From Candidatus Magasanikiibacteriota bacterium (GTDB lineage: Bacteria > Patescibacteriota > Patescibacteriia > Magasanikbacterales > GWA2-37-8): DNA of 64,000 bases. The stretch spans positions 9,096 to 73,095 of the forward strand of contig JBAYHH010000002.1 of NCBI GenBank assembly GCA_041666265.1, given 5' to 3'. The notes below the pieces were generated by a model. That model searched no databases. It was not told the origin of the DNA and saw nothing but the letters and a program-made list of their open reading frames with translations. The position numbers and the translations under genes are program-made. Each line of letters opens with the position of its first letter. The first letter of the stretch is position 1. Shown here one piece after another: positions 19,444-28,895 of the stretch.

Positions 19444-19713
19444 TTAAACCGCTGTTTGGCTGATAGAAATATTTTTTAACAACGGATTTGATTCGCGTAG
19501 CACCGCGTCATCCACCACCATTTTTTCATTACTAATTAAAATAACTTGGCTTGAGCCGATTACTAACTTTTTGCCGACCAAGCGCCTTCCCACGATGTAT
19601 TGACGCGCGCTATGATTTTCGATATCAAAAATCACATCCAGCACCATACCCAGCTTGACATTGGACGCCGTGACCACCGGCAAAGAAAGAATTTTTTTGA
19701 CCGGCATAAACAT
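19444..19713 (-). CDS. Small PRC-barrel-like protein (YlmC/YmxH-like)
   Basis: 89 aa; the pattern ...VKLGMVLDVIFDIENHSARQYIVGRR...GKKLVIGSSQVILISNEKMVVD is typical of PRC-barrel proteins. Weak call. Confidence 0.45.
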   Translation of the reverse strand: MFMPVKKILSLPVVTASNVKLGMVLDVIFDIENHSARQYIVGRRLVGKKLVIGSSQVILISNEKMVVDDAVLRESNPLLKNISISQTAV

Positions 19714-19728
19714 ATATTTGGAAGTTAA

Positions 19729-20487
19729 TTATTTTACCACTTCGCCTTCGATTATGTTTTTAGAAGATGGCTTATTTTTTCGGAACAACCAAACCTGTTG
19801 CGCGCCCATGAGCACTGTGCTCACAAACCAATAAAGAGTGAGGCCGGAAGGCAAACTAAGACCGATAAGCACAGTCATCGCCGGCATCATATAGGTCATT
19901 TGTTTGTTCATCATCGCCATCATGCTCTCGTCTTTAGATCCGGTGCCGGCATTCGCCGGAGGTCTCTGGCTCACTGTCATGCGCGCTTGCCAATATTGAG
20001 CGGCGCCAGCCATCACAGCCAAAGTCCAGTTGGCCTTCAGCATGTTAAAATGTCCGAATGAAATCGGATTGATAACGCCCGGGCTCGCTACAAAAGAGTA
20101 TAATTGCTCAGTCAAATTATGCGAAGCTAAACCATCGCGCAATACCATATAGAGCGCGATCAAAATCGGCAACTGGATGATCAAAGGCAAGCAGGAAGCA
20201 AACGGATTAACTTTGTTATTTTTGTACAATTCCATCAGCGCCTGTGATTGTTTTTGCTGATCACCCGCGTATTGTTTTTTGATCTCATCCATCTTGGGCT
20301 GGAGCTCTTGGAGAGATTTTTGCGCTTTGATCGCGGCGTTGGTCAAGGGATACACGAGCACTCGGATGAGCACTGTCATCGCGATGATCACGAGACCGAC
20401 ATCATGGCCCGGAATGAAATTATACAAAGCGACAAAAATATTAAAGATCGGCTGATAGAGCGCTGCATTAAAAATTTGAGAAAACAT
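19729..20487 (-). CDS. yidC: Membrane protein insertase YidC/Oxa1 family (short Gram-positive-type form)
   Basis: ...IAMTVLIRVLVYPLTNAAIKAQKSLQELQPKMDEIKKQYAGDQQKQSQALMELYKNNKVNPFASCLPLIIQLPILIALY... Confidence 0.9.
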   Translation of the reverse strand: MFSQIFNAALYQPIFNIFVALYNFIPGHDVGLVIIAMTVLIRVLVYPLTNAAIKAQKSLQELQPKMDEIKKQYAGDQQKQSQALMELYKNNKVNPFASCLPLIIQLPILIALYMVLRDGLASHNLTEQLYSFVASPGVINPISFGHFNMLKANWTLAVMAGAAQYWQARMTVSQRPPANAGTGSKDESMMAMMNKQMTYMMPAMTVLIGLSLPSGLTLYWFVSTVLMGAQQVWLFRKNKPSSKNIIEGEVVK

Positions 20488-20503
20488 AATTTATTATTGA
20501 TGG

Positions 20504-21748
20504 TTAGACCGTTTTTTCGTCTGTTTTTGTTTCTTCGACGACTGCTTCTTCGTCTTTTATTTCGACCAGGGCTTCACCAGCCAACACTTCTTCGCTACTC
20601 ACTTCTTGAGTTCCTCCTTCTTCTTTCACTTTGATTTTCCAACCGGTAAGCTCGGAAGCCAAGCGCACATTTTGCCCCCCGCGTCCGATCGCGAGCGAAA
20701 ATTGATCGGGCGCGACGAGAGCAGTGGCCAATTTTTCTTTTTCTTCCAATTCGACGCGCAGGACTTTGGCCGGAGACAAACCTTTGGCCACATATTCGCC
20801 GGCATTTTCATTGTATGCGATCACATCGATTTTTTCTCCGCCCAGCTCCTCGATGATGGTATTGATACGACTGCCGCGCTGACCGATACATGATCCGATC
20901 GGGTCAATCGATTCGTCGCTCGTCCACACCGCCACCTTTGATCTCCAACCGGCATCGCGAGCCACCCCTTTGATGATGATGGTACCATCGGCGATTTCCG
21001 GAATTTCTTGAGTAAACACTTCTTTGACCAAATTTACATGGTTGCGGGACAATAAAATTTCCGGTCCGCGCGCGGTCATATTCACCGACATCACATAAAA
21101 TTTCATCTTGGCGCCGGGCTTGTAGTGCTCGCGGTTGATTTGCTGATCGGACAAAAGGACACCAGTCACTTTGCCGATATCGATAAGCACTTTTCGTCCT
21201 TCCACGCGCTGAATCGAACCGACAATAATTTGATTTTCTTGTTTTTTGAAATCTTCAAACACCATGCCTCGTTCCGCTTCGCGTAATTTTTGAATAATCA
21301 CTTGCTTGGCGGTTTGAGCGGCCATGCGACCGAACTCGTGAGTGATCTCGAGCTGAATCTCAAGAGTTTCACCTACCTTGACTTTTTTCTGAAAAAATTT
21401 GGCGTCCTTGATCATCATTTCCAATTTCGGATTGAAGTGCGCCAAATCAGCCGTTTCTTCTTCGGTGAGTTCACGGCCTTCGGCTTTGGCTTTTTCACGG
21501 CGCGCGGCCAACTCTACTTGAGCTTTTTCCAACACCTCTTCGTCGATATCTTCGACGACGGTTTTTACATCCCAAGCCTGCATATCGCCGGTTTCGGGAT
21601 TAAATTTGACTCTGATATTTTGCTGTTTGTTGCCAAAATCCTTGCGATAGGCGGCCGCGAGCGCGGTCTCAATGGTGGCCAAAACCACATCATACGACAA
21701 ATTTTTTTCGTCGCACAAGGCCTGAATTGCTTTGGTGATGTCGGACAT
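20504..21748 (-). CDS. nusA: Transcription termination/antitermination factor NusA
   Basis: N-terminal domain, S1 and two KH domains are present (...GSCIGQRGSRINTIIEELGGEKIDVI...). The C-terminal acidic tail is typical. Confidence 0.95.
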   Translation of the reverse strand: MSDITKAIQALCDEKNLSYDVVLATIETALAAAYRKDFGNKQQNIRVKFNPETGDMQAWDVKTVVEDIDEEVLEKAQVELAARREKAKAEGRELTEEETADLAHFNPKLEMMIKDAKFFQKKVKVGETLEIQLEITHEFGRMAAQTAKQVIIQKLREAERGMVFEDFKKQENQIIVGSIQRVEGRKVLIDIGKVTGVLLSDQQINREHYKPGAKMKFYVMSVNMTARGPEILLSRNHVNLVKEVFTQEIPEIADGTIIIKGVARDAGWRSKVAVWTSDESIDPIGSCIGQRGSRINTIIEELGGEKIDVIAYNENAGEYVAKGLSPAKVLRVELEEKEKLATALVAPDQFSLAIGRGGQNVRLASELTGWKIKVKEEGGTQEVSSEEVLAGEALVEIKDEEAVVEETKTDEKTV

Positions 21749-21896
21749 ATAAAAAATTTAAAATAAAATATCAAAAAGCAAAAATATTTGATTTTTGAGT
21801 TTTTATATTTGATTTAAAAAAGGCGCCTTCGATTAAGCGCTTTATGCTATATTGTCAATAGTATAGCACGGGAGACAGCGCTTGTCAATAGCCAAT

Positions 21897-22553
21897 TTAA
21901 TTTTTGGCCGATGTAATTTTAACCTTGCCGGACGGGGTTTTGCCATAAACTTTGATCTTATCCCCCACATCTAAAAATTTGTAAATTTGACTGGCGTCGG
22001 CGGTGGTCAGATTTATGCACCCGCCGCTGCGCGGTCGAATGCCAAAATCATTATGCCAATACGCGCCGTGCAAATACAATCCGCGCTTGGCCTCAAACAA
22101 CATATTCCATTTGGTATTGGGATAGCTCCCGCCGGTCACCGTGCGATAAGTTTTAACCGGAATTTTTTTCAAAATTTTGTATTCTCCGGTCGGCGTCGGT
22201 ACTCCCGGCCGGCCGGTCGAAGCGAGCATCTCGCCGATGCGCACGCCATTGACCAGATAATAAAATTTTTGGGTGGTGAGGTCAGTCTCGACTGCGCGGG
22301 TGATTTTTCTACTGCGACCGCCCTCAAACGGACTAAAACCATTTTTGATTTCCGCGCCATCGTAATATCCGTCGTTATCAGTATCGGGATTATTGGCGTC
22401 TGTGCCCAGTTTGATTTCAATCGCATCGGATAATCCATCTTGATCAGCATCGACAATGGCGGCCCAAACCGGCTGACTGATAAAAAAACCGGCGGTCATA
22501 ACCGCGACAACGATGGACGCTAAAATAGCATTTGGTTTTTGTATGATCGTCAT
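21897..22553 (-). CDS. L,D-transpeptidase (YkuD domain) with N-terminal signal/TM and Ca-binding D-x-D-x-D-G repeats
   Basis: The catalytic motif HGAYWHNDFGIRPRSGGCINL is present, with N-terminal DADQDGLSDAIE and DTDNDGYYDG repeats. Confidence 0.85.
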   Translation of the reverse strand: MTIIQKPNAILASIVVAVMTAGFFISQPVWAAIVDADQDGLSDAIEIKLGTDANNPDTDNDGYYDGAEIKNGFSPFEGGRSRKITRAVETDLTTQKFYYLVNGVRIGEMLASTGRPGVPTPTGEYKILKKIPVKTYRTVTGGSYPNTKWNMLFEAKRGLYLHGAYWHNDFGIRPRSGGCINLTTADASQIYKFLDVGDKIKVYGKTPSGKVKITSAKN

Positions 22554-22570
22554 CTGAATTATATTTGGAT

Positions 22571-23410
22571 TTACCGCAGTATTATATCATTTTTTTGGTC
22601 AGTCCGCCAGATTTCAATCAAAGCCCGCTCCAAATGACGCATGACGCGCAACGATGGATGGCCGAAGGTATTTTTTCCGACCGATATGATGGCTATTTGC
22701 GGAGCAACTGCGCGAATGAAATCATCTCCCGAGGAGCTGTCGCTGCCATGATGTCCAACTTTTAAATAAGTGGCGCGCAATGCCGGACAAGTCGATGATG
22801 CCGTGCAATGCTTATCGACCAAAGCGTTTTCCAGCGACACCTCGGCGTCGCCCATAAACAAAAAACTTTTACTTTCATGGGATAATTTAAAAACAATCGA
22901 AGAATTATTACTGTCCTTTTCCTTGGCGGCCAAACCAAGCGCCCCATCGGGTGAAAAGAATTCTAATGATGTACCGGCAATCGTCCACAACTCGTGTCTG
23001 GTAATATTTTTGATTTTTGACATTTTATTTTTGATATTTTCGTTCCACACCTGCCAATATGGATCGTTTTCTTTGCTCAGACCATTTTCAATGATATTTT
23101 TGACATCATAGCGACGCAAAACATCGACACAACCTCCGTAATGATCACCGTCGGGATGAGAAATCAAAAGATAATCGATAGTACGATCATAAAATGGCAA
23201 ATACTGTCCCAACTTTGATAATATTTTTTTATCCGGCCCGCAATCGACGAGCATTTTTTGGCCGTTGGAAAAATTTATGAGCGCGCTATCGCCTTGGCCG
23301 ATGTTAAAAAATATGACGCGAAAACCGGTGAATTGAAAAAAATGATAATAACAAAATAAGCCAAGCAGTAAAACAGCGCCAACAAATAAAACAATCAATG
23401 ATTTTTTCAC
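22571..23410 (-). CDS. ComEC-type metallo-beta-lactamase-fold domain protein (stand-alone C-terminal ComEC nuclease domain), N-terminal TM
   Basis: ...NIGQGDSALINFSNGQKMLVDCG...LLISHPDGDHYGG...KVGHHGSDSS... gives the MBL motifs. Confidence 0.8.
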   Translation of the reverse strand: MKKSLIVLFVGAVLLLGLFCYYHFFQFTGFRVIFFNIGQGDSALINFSNGQKMLVDCGPDKKILSKLGQYLPFYDRTIDYLLISHPDGDHYGGCVDVLRRYDVKNIIENGLSKENDPYWQVWNENIKNKMSKIKNITRHELWTIAGTSLEFFSPDGALGLAAKEKDSNNSSIVFKLSHESKSFLFMGDAEVSLENALVDKHCTASSTCPALRATYLKVGHHGSDSSSGDDFIRAVAPQIAIISVGKNTFGHPSLRVMRHLERALIEIWRTDQKNDIILR

Positions 23411-23419
23411 AAAATATTG

Positions 23420-24028
23420 TTACTTTTTGGCGATTAAAATTTGATTTACCCAATTTTCCCCCGTTCTAACAAATACCTCGCGCTCCACTCCAAACGCCAA
23501 CTCCTCCAAGAGGCCGCGCACTCTTTCCGGCCGATGATAATATGATTCGATTTTGATTACACCGTCTTGGGTTTTTATTTCCGGCGGTTCTTTTTGATTG
23601 ATATTGGTCACCGCCAAAACACCGTCTTCTTTAAGCACCCGGTAGGCTTCGTCAAAAAACCGACGCGGGTCTTTGAGGTGAACAATCAAAAATGCGGCCA
23701 CCACTATGTCGAAAGAATTATCCGGAAACGGCAGTGATTCGGCATCACCAATCACCGATTCGATTTTATTGCTTTTGGATTTTAATTTGGCGAGCATTTT
23801 TTCCGACACATCAAGCGCTGTTACCGACGCTCCCATTTTTGATAACCGCACCGATAGTCGTCCGGTCCCCGCTCCCACATCCAATATTTTTTTATTTTTT
23901 ATATCGCCAAGCAATGACAAAAATTTTTCTTTTTCAAAACCGTCCAAATATGCTTCGCGCGCATCATAATCACCGGCCGCGAGATCGTAGCCAGGCGTTG
24001 ACCCGAGAATTTTTATTTTGGCTTTCAT
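23420..24028 (-). CDS. Class I SAM-dependent methyltransferase (Methyltransf_11/25-like)
   Basis: ILDVGAGTGRLSVRLSKMGASVTALDVSEKM...FDIVVAAFLIVHLKDPRRFFDEAYRVLKEDGVLAV. It overlaps the upstream gene end by 59 nt. Confidence 0.85.
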   Translation of the reverse strand: MKAKIKILGSTPGYDLAAGDYDAREAYLDGFEKEKFLSLLGDIKNKKILDVGAGTGRLSVRLSKMGASVTALDVSEKMLAKLKSKSNKIESVIGDAESLPFPDNSFDIVVAAFLIVHLKDPRRFFDEAYRVLKEDGVLAVTNINQKEPPEIKTQDGVIKIESYYHRPERVRGLLEELAFGVEREVFVRTGENWVNQILIAKK

Positions 24029-25655
24029 AAATTAAAAATATTATACCGGCATACGATATCGCCATCGTCGCTATCCCCACTCGCATATCAACGGCGGCCA
24101 AACTCCACCCGGCAAACCACTGCGTCAATATTATAACATACTTTAGACCGATGCCGGCTATCCAAGCTACGACTTGCCCCAAAGGAAATAATACCAACGA
24201 AAGCAGGACGGAAATAAAACCAAACAGCATCAGCCAGGGAATTATCCACAGTACGAGCACATTGACGACGGGCGCGACGATTGATAATCGACCAAATTGA
24301 AATAGGATTAGGGGCAAAGTGATGATAATCGCGGAAAGAGTAGAAATAAAAGTTTCAACTATCGCAGAATATATCACATTATCAACCTGAGCGGAGCGAA
24401 GGATCTGGTCACACTCGCATCTATTTGATAGATTCTTCGCGGAATTTATACTGAGCGGAGCGAATGTGCTCAAAATGACAGACTTTAAAACCGGACTCAA
24501 ATATACGAGGCCCATGGTCGCTAAAAATGACAACTGAAACCCCGCGTCCCAAATCAAAATATACGGATTCATCAAAAGCATCACGGCGGCGGTCAACGCC
24601 AGCACATTACCCATTTTTGATAACCGGCCCATTTGCTGGGCAATCAAAACAATAATCCCCATGATTCCGGCGCGAATTACCGAGGCCGAAGCGCCGGTAA
24701 ATATTACAAATAGTATTATTCCGGCGACACAAGCCCAAAAAGCTTGCGGGCGATACAAACCAATAGTGATAAGCGCGGTCATCAAAACAGACGCGATGAT
24801 ACTGATATTATATCCGGAAATCGCGATGATATGCGTGATGCCGACCCGGCTGAAATCATCTTTTAATTCCTGTGATAATCCGGCGCGCGCGCCATAGAGC
24901 AATCCGGCCATGAGCGATGACTCGGGTTCGGGCCAAAGTTTTTCTACTTGGGTGTTGATTTTGGATTTGAGAGAAAAAATTAATTTTAGCGGCGTTCCCC
25001 ACCAATTGTCATCCCCGCGAAAGCGGGGATCCAGACACCATTCACTCGATGCCTGGCTGGTCGCGACTGGATTCCCTTTTTCAAGGGAATGACAGCCGGT
25101 GATGGACGGTCGATAGCAAATCGAATAGATGCCGTCTTTAGCCAAATACTTTACATAATTAAATCGGGAATCATCTGAATTTTTGGGCGCTTGCAAATCA
25201 CACTTGATACGCAACACATCACCGAATCGATATTGCGGATGAAGCGGAGCATTGATAAGAACACGGCCTTTTTTACCGCTAATATTTCCGACCACATACT
25301 TCGCTCCGGCGATGCCAATATCTGGTTCCTGCGCCACCTGGCCGACAAATTCCCATTTATTTCCATTGTAATACGCGATTTGTTTTTCTGTTATCATTGG
25401 TGTCGCTGACAAATACCTGACCCCTCCGAGAATAATAAATATTATCATCAGTAACGCGCAACGCGCCCGCCAATCATACCAAAATAATATCAACAAAAAT
25501 ATTAATGCGAGCAAAAGAATATATAATCGAAATAGCCAATATTTTTCCCAATCAAACACTGAAAAAATGGAAACACCGGTAATGAAACAAAAACAAAGCG
25601 CCAAAAACGCTTTGCTTTTTGAATTGACAAATTTTTTGATCCCCTCCCCTTTCAT
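23970..25655 (-). CDS. comEC: ComEC/Rec2 DNA-uptake channel, transmembrane competence domain (DUF4131 plus Competence), with two in-frame family-A repeat insertions
   Basis: A multi-TM competence domain is present (...ELKDDFSRVGITHIIAISGYNISIIASVLM...). The inserted peptides LSINSAKNLSNRCECDQILRSAQVD and CHSLEKGNPVATSQASSEWCLDPRFRGDDNWWGT map to repeat DNA. Confidence 0.85.
   Translation of the reverse strand: MKGEGIKKFVNSKSKAFLALCFCFITGVSIFSVFDWEKYWLFRLYILLLALIFLLILFWYDWRARCALLMIIFIILGGVRYLSATPMITEKQIAYYNGNKWEFVGQVAQEPDIGIAGAKYVVGNISGKKGRVLINAPLHPQYRFGDVLRIKCDLQAPKNSDDSRFNYVKYLAKDGIYSICYRPSITGCHSLEKGNPVATSQASSEWCLDPRFRGDDNWWGTPLKLIFSLKSKINTQVEKLWPEPESSLMAGLLYGARAGLSQELKDDFSRVGITHIIAISGYNISIIASVLMTALITIGLYRPQAFWACVAGIILFVIFTGASASVIRAGIMGIIVLIAQQMGRLSKMGNVLALTAAVMLLMNPYILIWDAGFQLSFLATMGLVYLSPVLKSVILSTFAPLSINSAKNLSNRCECDQILRSAQVDNVIYSAIVETFISTLSAIIITLPLILFQFGRLSIVAPVVNVLVLWIIPWLMLFGFISVLLSLVLFPLGQVVAWIAGIGLKYVIILTQWFAGWSLAAVDMRVGIATMAISYAGIIFLIYESQNKNSRVNAWLRSRGR
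24386..24480. repeat. Family-A palindromic repeat, in-frame in comEC
   Basis: CCTGAGCGGAGCGAAGGATCTGG...GATTCTTCGCGGAATTTATACTGAGCGGAGCGAATGTGCTCAAAATGACA. Confidence 0.8.
25007..25094. repeat. Family-A variant palindromic repeat, in-frame in comEC
   Basis: TGTCATCCCCGCGAAAGCGGGGATCC...GATTCCCTTTTTCAAGGGAATGACA. Confidence 0.75.
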
Positions 25656-25685
25656 ACTTAAATACCAAATACTACATACTAAATA

Positions 25686-28600
25686 CTACGCCACAATGCT
25701 CACTAATTTTCCTTTGACATAAATAACTTTTTTGGGCGCCCGGCCCTCGAGCCATTTTTGCACTTTTTCACTGGCGAGCGCTCGGTCTTTGGCGTCCGTG
25801 TCGGAAATGTCAAACGGCACGACGATCGTGTCGCGCAATTTCCCATTGACCTGAATGGCCAGAGTGATTTCGTTGTCTTGAATTTTGGCGGGATTGTACT
25901 TTGGCCAATCGGCATTGACCACGCTACTTTTTTGATCAAGCATTTCCCACAGCTCTTCGCATAAATGCGGAGCAAACGGCGCGAGTAACAGGGTGAGATT
26001 TTTTAATTCATCAAAGCTGGTTTTTTCTTGCGCGCGCAATTCATTGACCCAAATCATGAGCTGTGAAATCGCGGTATTGAATTTCATCTCACTGATATCT
26101 TCCGTGACTTTTTTTATGGTCTTGTGCATGATGCCGACAGACGCGTCAGCGGTAAAATTTTTATCCAAGCGCGGAAATAGATCCCAAACTTTTTCCAAAA
26201 ATCTTTTGGCGCCCACGACTCCTTGCATATTCCAAGCGCAGGGCTGATCAAACGGCCCCATGAACATCTCGTAAACCCGCATCGCGTCCGCGCCAAAACG
26301 CGCGACGATGTCGTTGGGGTTGATGACATTATTCCAACGCTTACTCATCTTGCGACCGTCTTCGGCGAGGATTACACCCAGATTTTGTAGGCGTTTGAAC
26401 GGCTCGTCGTGCGCCACCATACCGATATCAAATAAAAATTTGTGCCAAAAACGAGCGTAAATCAAATGGCGAGTGGCATGCTCGGCTCCGCCCACATAAA
26501 AATCCACCCCGCCTTCGCCCTGCGCTTCGCTTGGGCTTCGCGGGGCAAGGCCGGATCCAATCCAATATTCAATCACTTTTTTGTCCCAGATGTATTTTCC
26601 TTTGACTCTCGGCATCGCGTAGGCCAAATAATACCAACTACTCCCCGCCCATTGAGGCATCGTGTTGGTCTCGCGCTTAGCCGGCCCGCTACATTTCGGG
26701 CATTTAGTATTAACCCATTTTTCGATAGTCGCGAGTGGTGATTCACCGGTGCCACTGGGTTCGTAGTGTTTGACTTTGGGGAGCTCAAGAGGAAGTTCTT
26801 CGTCGTCCACTACCGACCAACCCGAGTCAATGGACGCTCGCAATACCGCCGGCTCCGACTCCACGGCCCCGCCTCGACTGCTAAAATGATAATTCTGCGG
26901 AATAACCCACCACAAATCCGCCCCTAAATTTTTTTCCAGCTCAACTAAGTGCTCTTTTTTTATAATCGGTCGATGGATATCCCCTAAAACCACAATTTTG
27001 CCACCGTTGATTTTTATCTTTTTCCAATCAAATTGCCAATCACAGCTCGCCACCACTTCCGGACGATCCTGATCATTGAATCTGGGCCGCACCACCGGAT
27101 CCACCAAAACCGTACGAGCGATTTTTTTATTGATTGATTCCAAAATTCGATAAGTCACCGGACCGCCCAAGCTATGGCCGACCAAAACCGTATCTTCATC
27201 GATGCTAAATGGCGAGTTCTCCAAAACATACTTTGCTTGTTCGTTGACATTGGGATTGGTGGTATTCGGCAAATCCGGATTCCAGACCCGATGACCATCT
27301 TTCTCCAGCTCGGTTTTGAGCCACGGTTTGAAACCACGACTTGAATTGGAGGTAAAACCGTGAATTAAAATATAATTAAATTTTTTATTCGCGCACGCCT
27401 CACATTTTACCAGTGGGATCGGCTCGCCCCAATAGCGCTGACGCGAAAATACCCAATCGCGGAGTTTGTATTGAGTTTTTTTCTTGCCAATGTTTTTTTC
27501 TTCGAGCCAAGTGATCATTTTTTGTTTGGCTTCCGGTGTTTTTAAGCCATTGAGAAAATCAGAATTTGTGGAGATACCACCGCTGACATTACATTTTTCA
27601 CCTAACAATATTTTAGTCATTTCAACATCTTGATCTTTTTGAAAATTATCCGAAAAAGGTTTACTGGCGCTTTCTACTGAATACGCGTCTGGAATAACAA
27701 CACATCTAATAGGCAGATCATATTTTTTCGCGAACTCCCAGTCACGCTCATCATGCGCCGGCACGGCCATGATGGCGCCGGTGCCGTAATTGCCCAAAAC
27801 ATAATCGGCCACAAAAATCGGCACCTGCTCGCCATTCGCCGGATTAACTGCTTTTATTCCTTGGATTTCAATGCCGGTTTTTTCTTTGGCCAATTCCGTG
27901 CGCTCCATCACGGTTTTATTTTTGGCATTTGCAATATATTCGTTTACCTCTTTTTGATTTTTGATGTTAAATTTTTGATTTCTCAATAATTCGTGTTCAG
28001 GCGCTACCACACAATAAGTACACCCAAAAAGAGTATCGGGACGGGTGGTGAATACTTCGATAGACAAAGATTCCTCCGCTCGGCCTTGGGCCTCGGTCGG
28101 AATGACAGCGAATTTAACGAGTGCGCCCTCGCTTTTGCCAATCCAATTTCTCTGCATTTCTTTGATCGGCTCCGGCCACTCGGTCAATTTATCAATATCA
28201 TTGAGTAGTCGCTCGGCATAATCGGTAATTTTGATCACCCACTGGCGCATCGGTTTTTGCTCGACGATACTGCCACAGCGTTCGCATTTGCCGTCATCAA
28301 GGTCTTCGTTGGCCAGACCGGTCTTGCAACTCGGACACCAATTGATCGGCTCGTTTGATTCAAACACTAAACCGCGTTTATACATCTCGATAAACATCCA
28401 TTGGGTCCAACGGTAATACTCCGGGTCGGTAGTATTCACTTCCCGATCCCAATCATAGGTGAACCCCAAAAGTCCCAATTGTTTTTTAAAAACCTGGACA
28501 TTTTTTTCCGTGGACTCGGCCGGGTGCATTTTATTTTTAAGCGCGTAATTTTCGGCCGGCAACCCAAAAGCATCCCAACCCATCGGGTGAAGCACATTGT

Positions 28601-28811
28601 GGCCCTGCATCATTTTCATACGCGCCACGATATCGGTGGCAATGTAGCCCTTGGGATGGCCGACATGGAGTCCGGCGCCCGACGGATACGGAAACATATC
28701 CAAAACATAAAACTTCGGTCGGTCGGATGAATCGCTGGTTTTGAAAGTTTTGTTTTTCTCCCAATATTTTTGCCACTTTTTTTCGATTTTGGCCGGATGG
28801 TATTGATTCAT
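25686..28811 (-). CDS. leuS: Leucine--tRNA ligase (LeuS), 1041 aa, with an inserted YdeN/RBBP9-type serine hydrolase (alpha/beta hydrolase) domain in the ZN-2 region and a short family-A repeat insertion
   Basis: HVGHP (HIGH), the ZN-1 CxxC...CxxC, the editing-domain motif TTRPDTLFG and KMSKR are present. Between VKCEACANKK and CPKCSGPAKRETNTM lie about 230 extra aa: ILIHGFTSNSSRGFKPWLKTELEKDGHRVWNPDLPNTTNP...VLVGHSLGGPVTYRILE. Confidence 0.95.
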   Translation of the reverse strand: MNQYHPAKIEKKWQKYWEKNKTFKTSDSSDRPKFYVLDMFPYPSGAGLHVGHPKGYIATDIVARMKMMQGHNVLHPMGWDAFGLPAENYALKNKMHPAESTEKNVQVFKKQLGLLGFTYDWDREVNTTDPEYYRWTQWMFIEMYKRGLVFESNEPINWCPSCKTGLANEDLDDGKCERCGSIVEQKPMRQWVIKITDYAERLLNDIDKLTEWPEPIKEMQRNWIGKSEGALVKFAVIPTEAQGRAEESLSIEVFTTRPDTLFGCTYCVVAPEHELLRNQKFNIKNQKEVNEYIANAKNKTVMERTELAKEKTGIEIQGIKAVNPANGEQVPIFVADYVLGNYGTGAIMAVPAHDERDWEFAKKYDLPIRCVVIPDAYSVESASKPFSDNFQKDQDVEMTKILLGEKCNVSGGISTNSDFLNGLKTPEAKQKMITWLEEKNIGKKKTQYKLRDWVFSRQRYWGEPIPLVKCEACANKKFNYILIHGFTSNSSRGFKPWLKTELEKDGHRVWNPDLPNTTNPNVNEQAKYVLENSPFSIDEDTVLVGHSLGGPVTYRILESINKKIARTVLVDPVVRPRFNDQDRPEVVASCDWQFDWKKIKINGGKIVVLGDIHRPIIKKEHLVELEKNLGADLWWVIPQNYHFSSRGGAVESEPAVLRASIDSGWSVVDDEELPLELPKVKHYEPSGTGESPLATIEKWVNTKCPKCSGPAKRETNTMPQWAGSSWYYLAYAMPRVKGKYIWDKKVIEYWIGSGLAPRSPSEAQGEGGVDFYVGGAEHATRHLIYARFWHKFLFDIGMVAHDEPFKRLQNLGVILAEDGRKMSKRWNNVINPNDIVARFGADAMRVYEMFMGPFDQPCAWNMQGVVGAKRFLEKVWDLFPRLDKNFTADASVGIMHKTIKKVTEDISEMKFNTAISQLMIWVNELRAQEKTSFDELKNLTLLLAPFAPHLCEELWEMLDQKSSVVNADWPKYNPAKIQDNEITLAIQVNGKLRDTIVVPFDISDTDAKDRALASEKVQKWLEGRAPKKVIYVKGKLVSIVA
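28060..28106. repeat. Family-A partial repeat, in-frame in leuS (encodes IPTEAQGRAEESLS)
   Basis: AGATTCCTCCGCTCGGCCTTGGGCCTCGGTCGGAATGACA. Confidence 0.7.
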
Positions 28812-28895
28812 AATATTTGGTTATGGGCGTATTTTACCTAAATTATGGGAAAAAAGCAAATCATGATTGTTTTGACTTTTTAGCGAAAATACAGA

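Noticed and set aside
26511-26558. GC-rich stretch in leuS encoding SGLAPRSPSEAQGEGG as a further family-A copy
   Set aside because: It shares only short GCTTCGC-type pieces with family A and lacks the TGTCATTCTGAGC / GAATGACA arms. It may be a degenerate copy, but this cannot be supported from the sequence alone.
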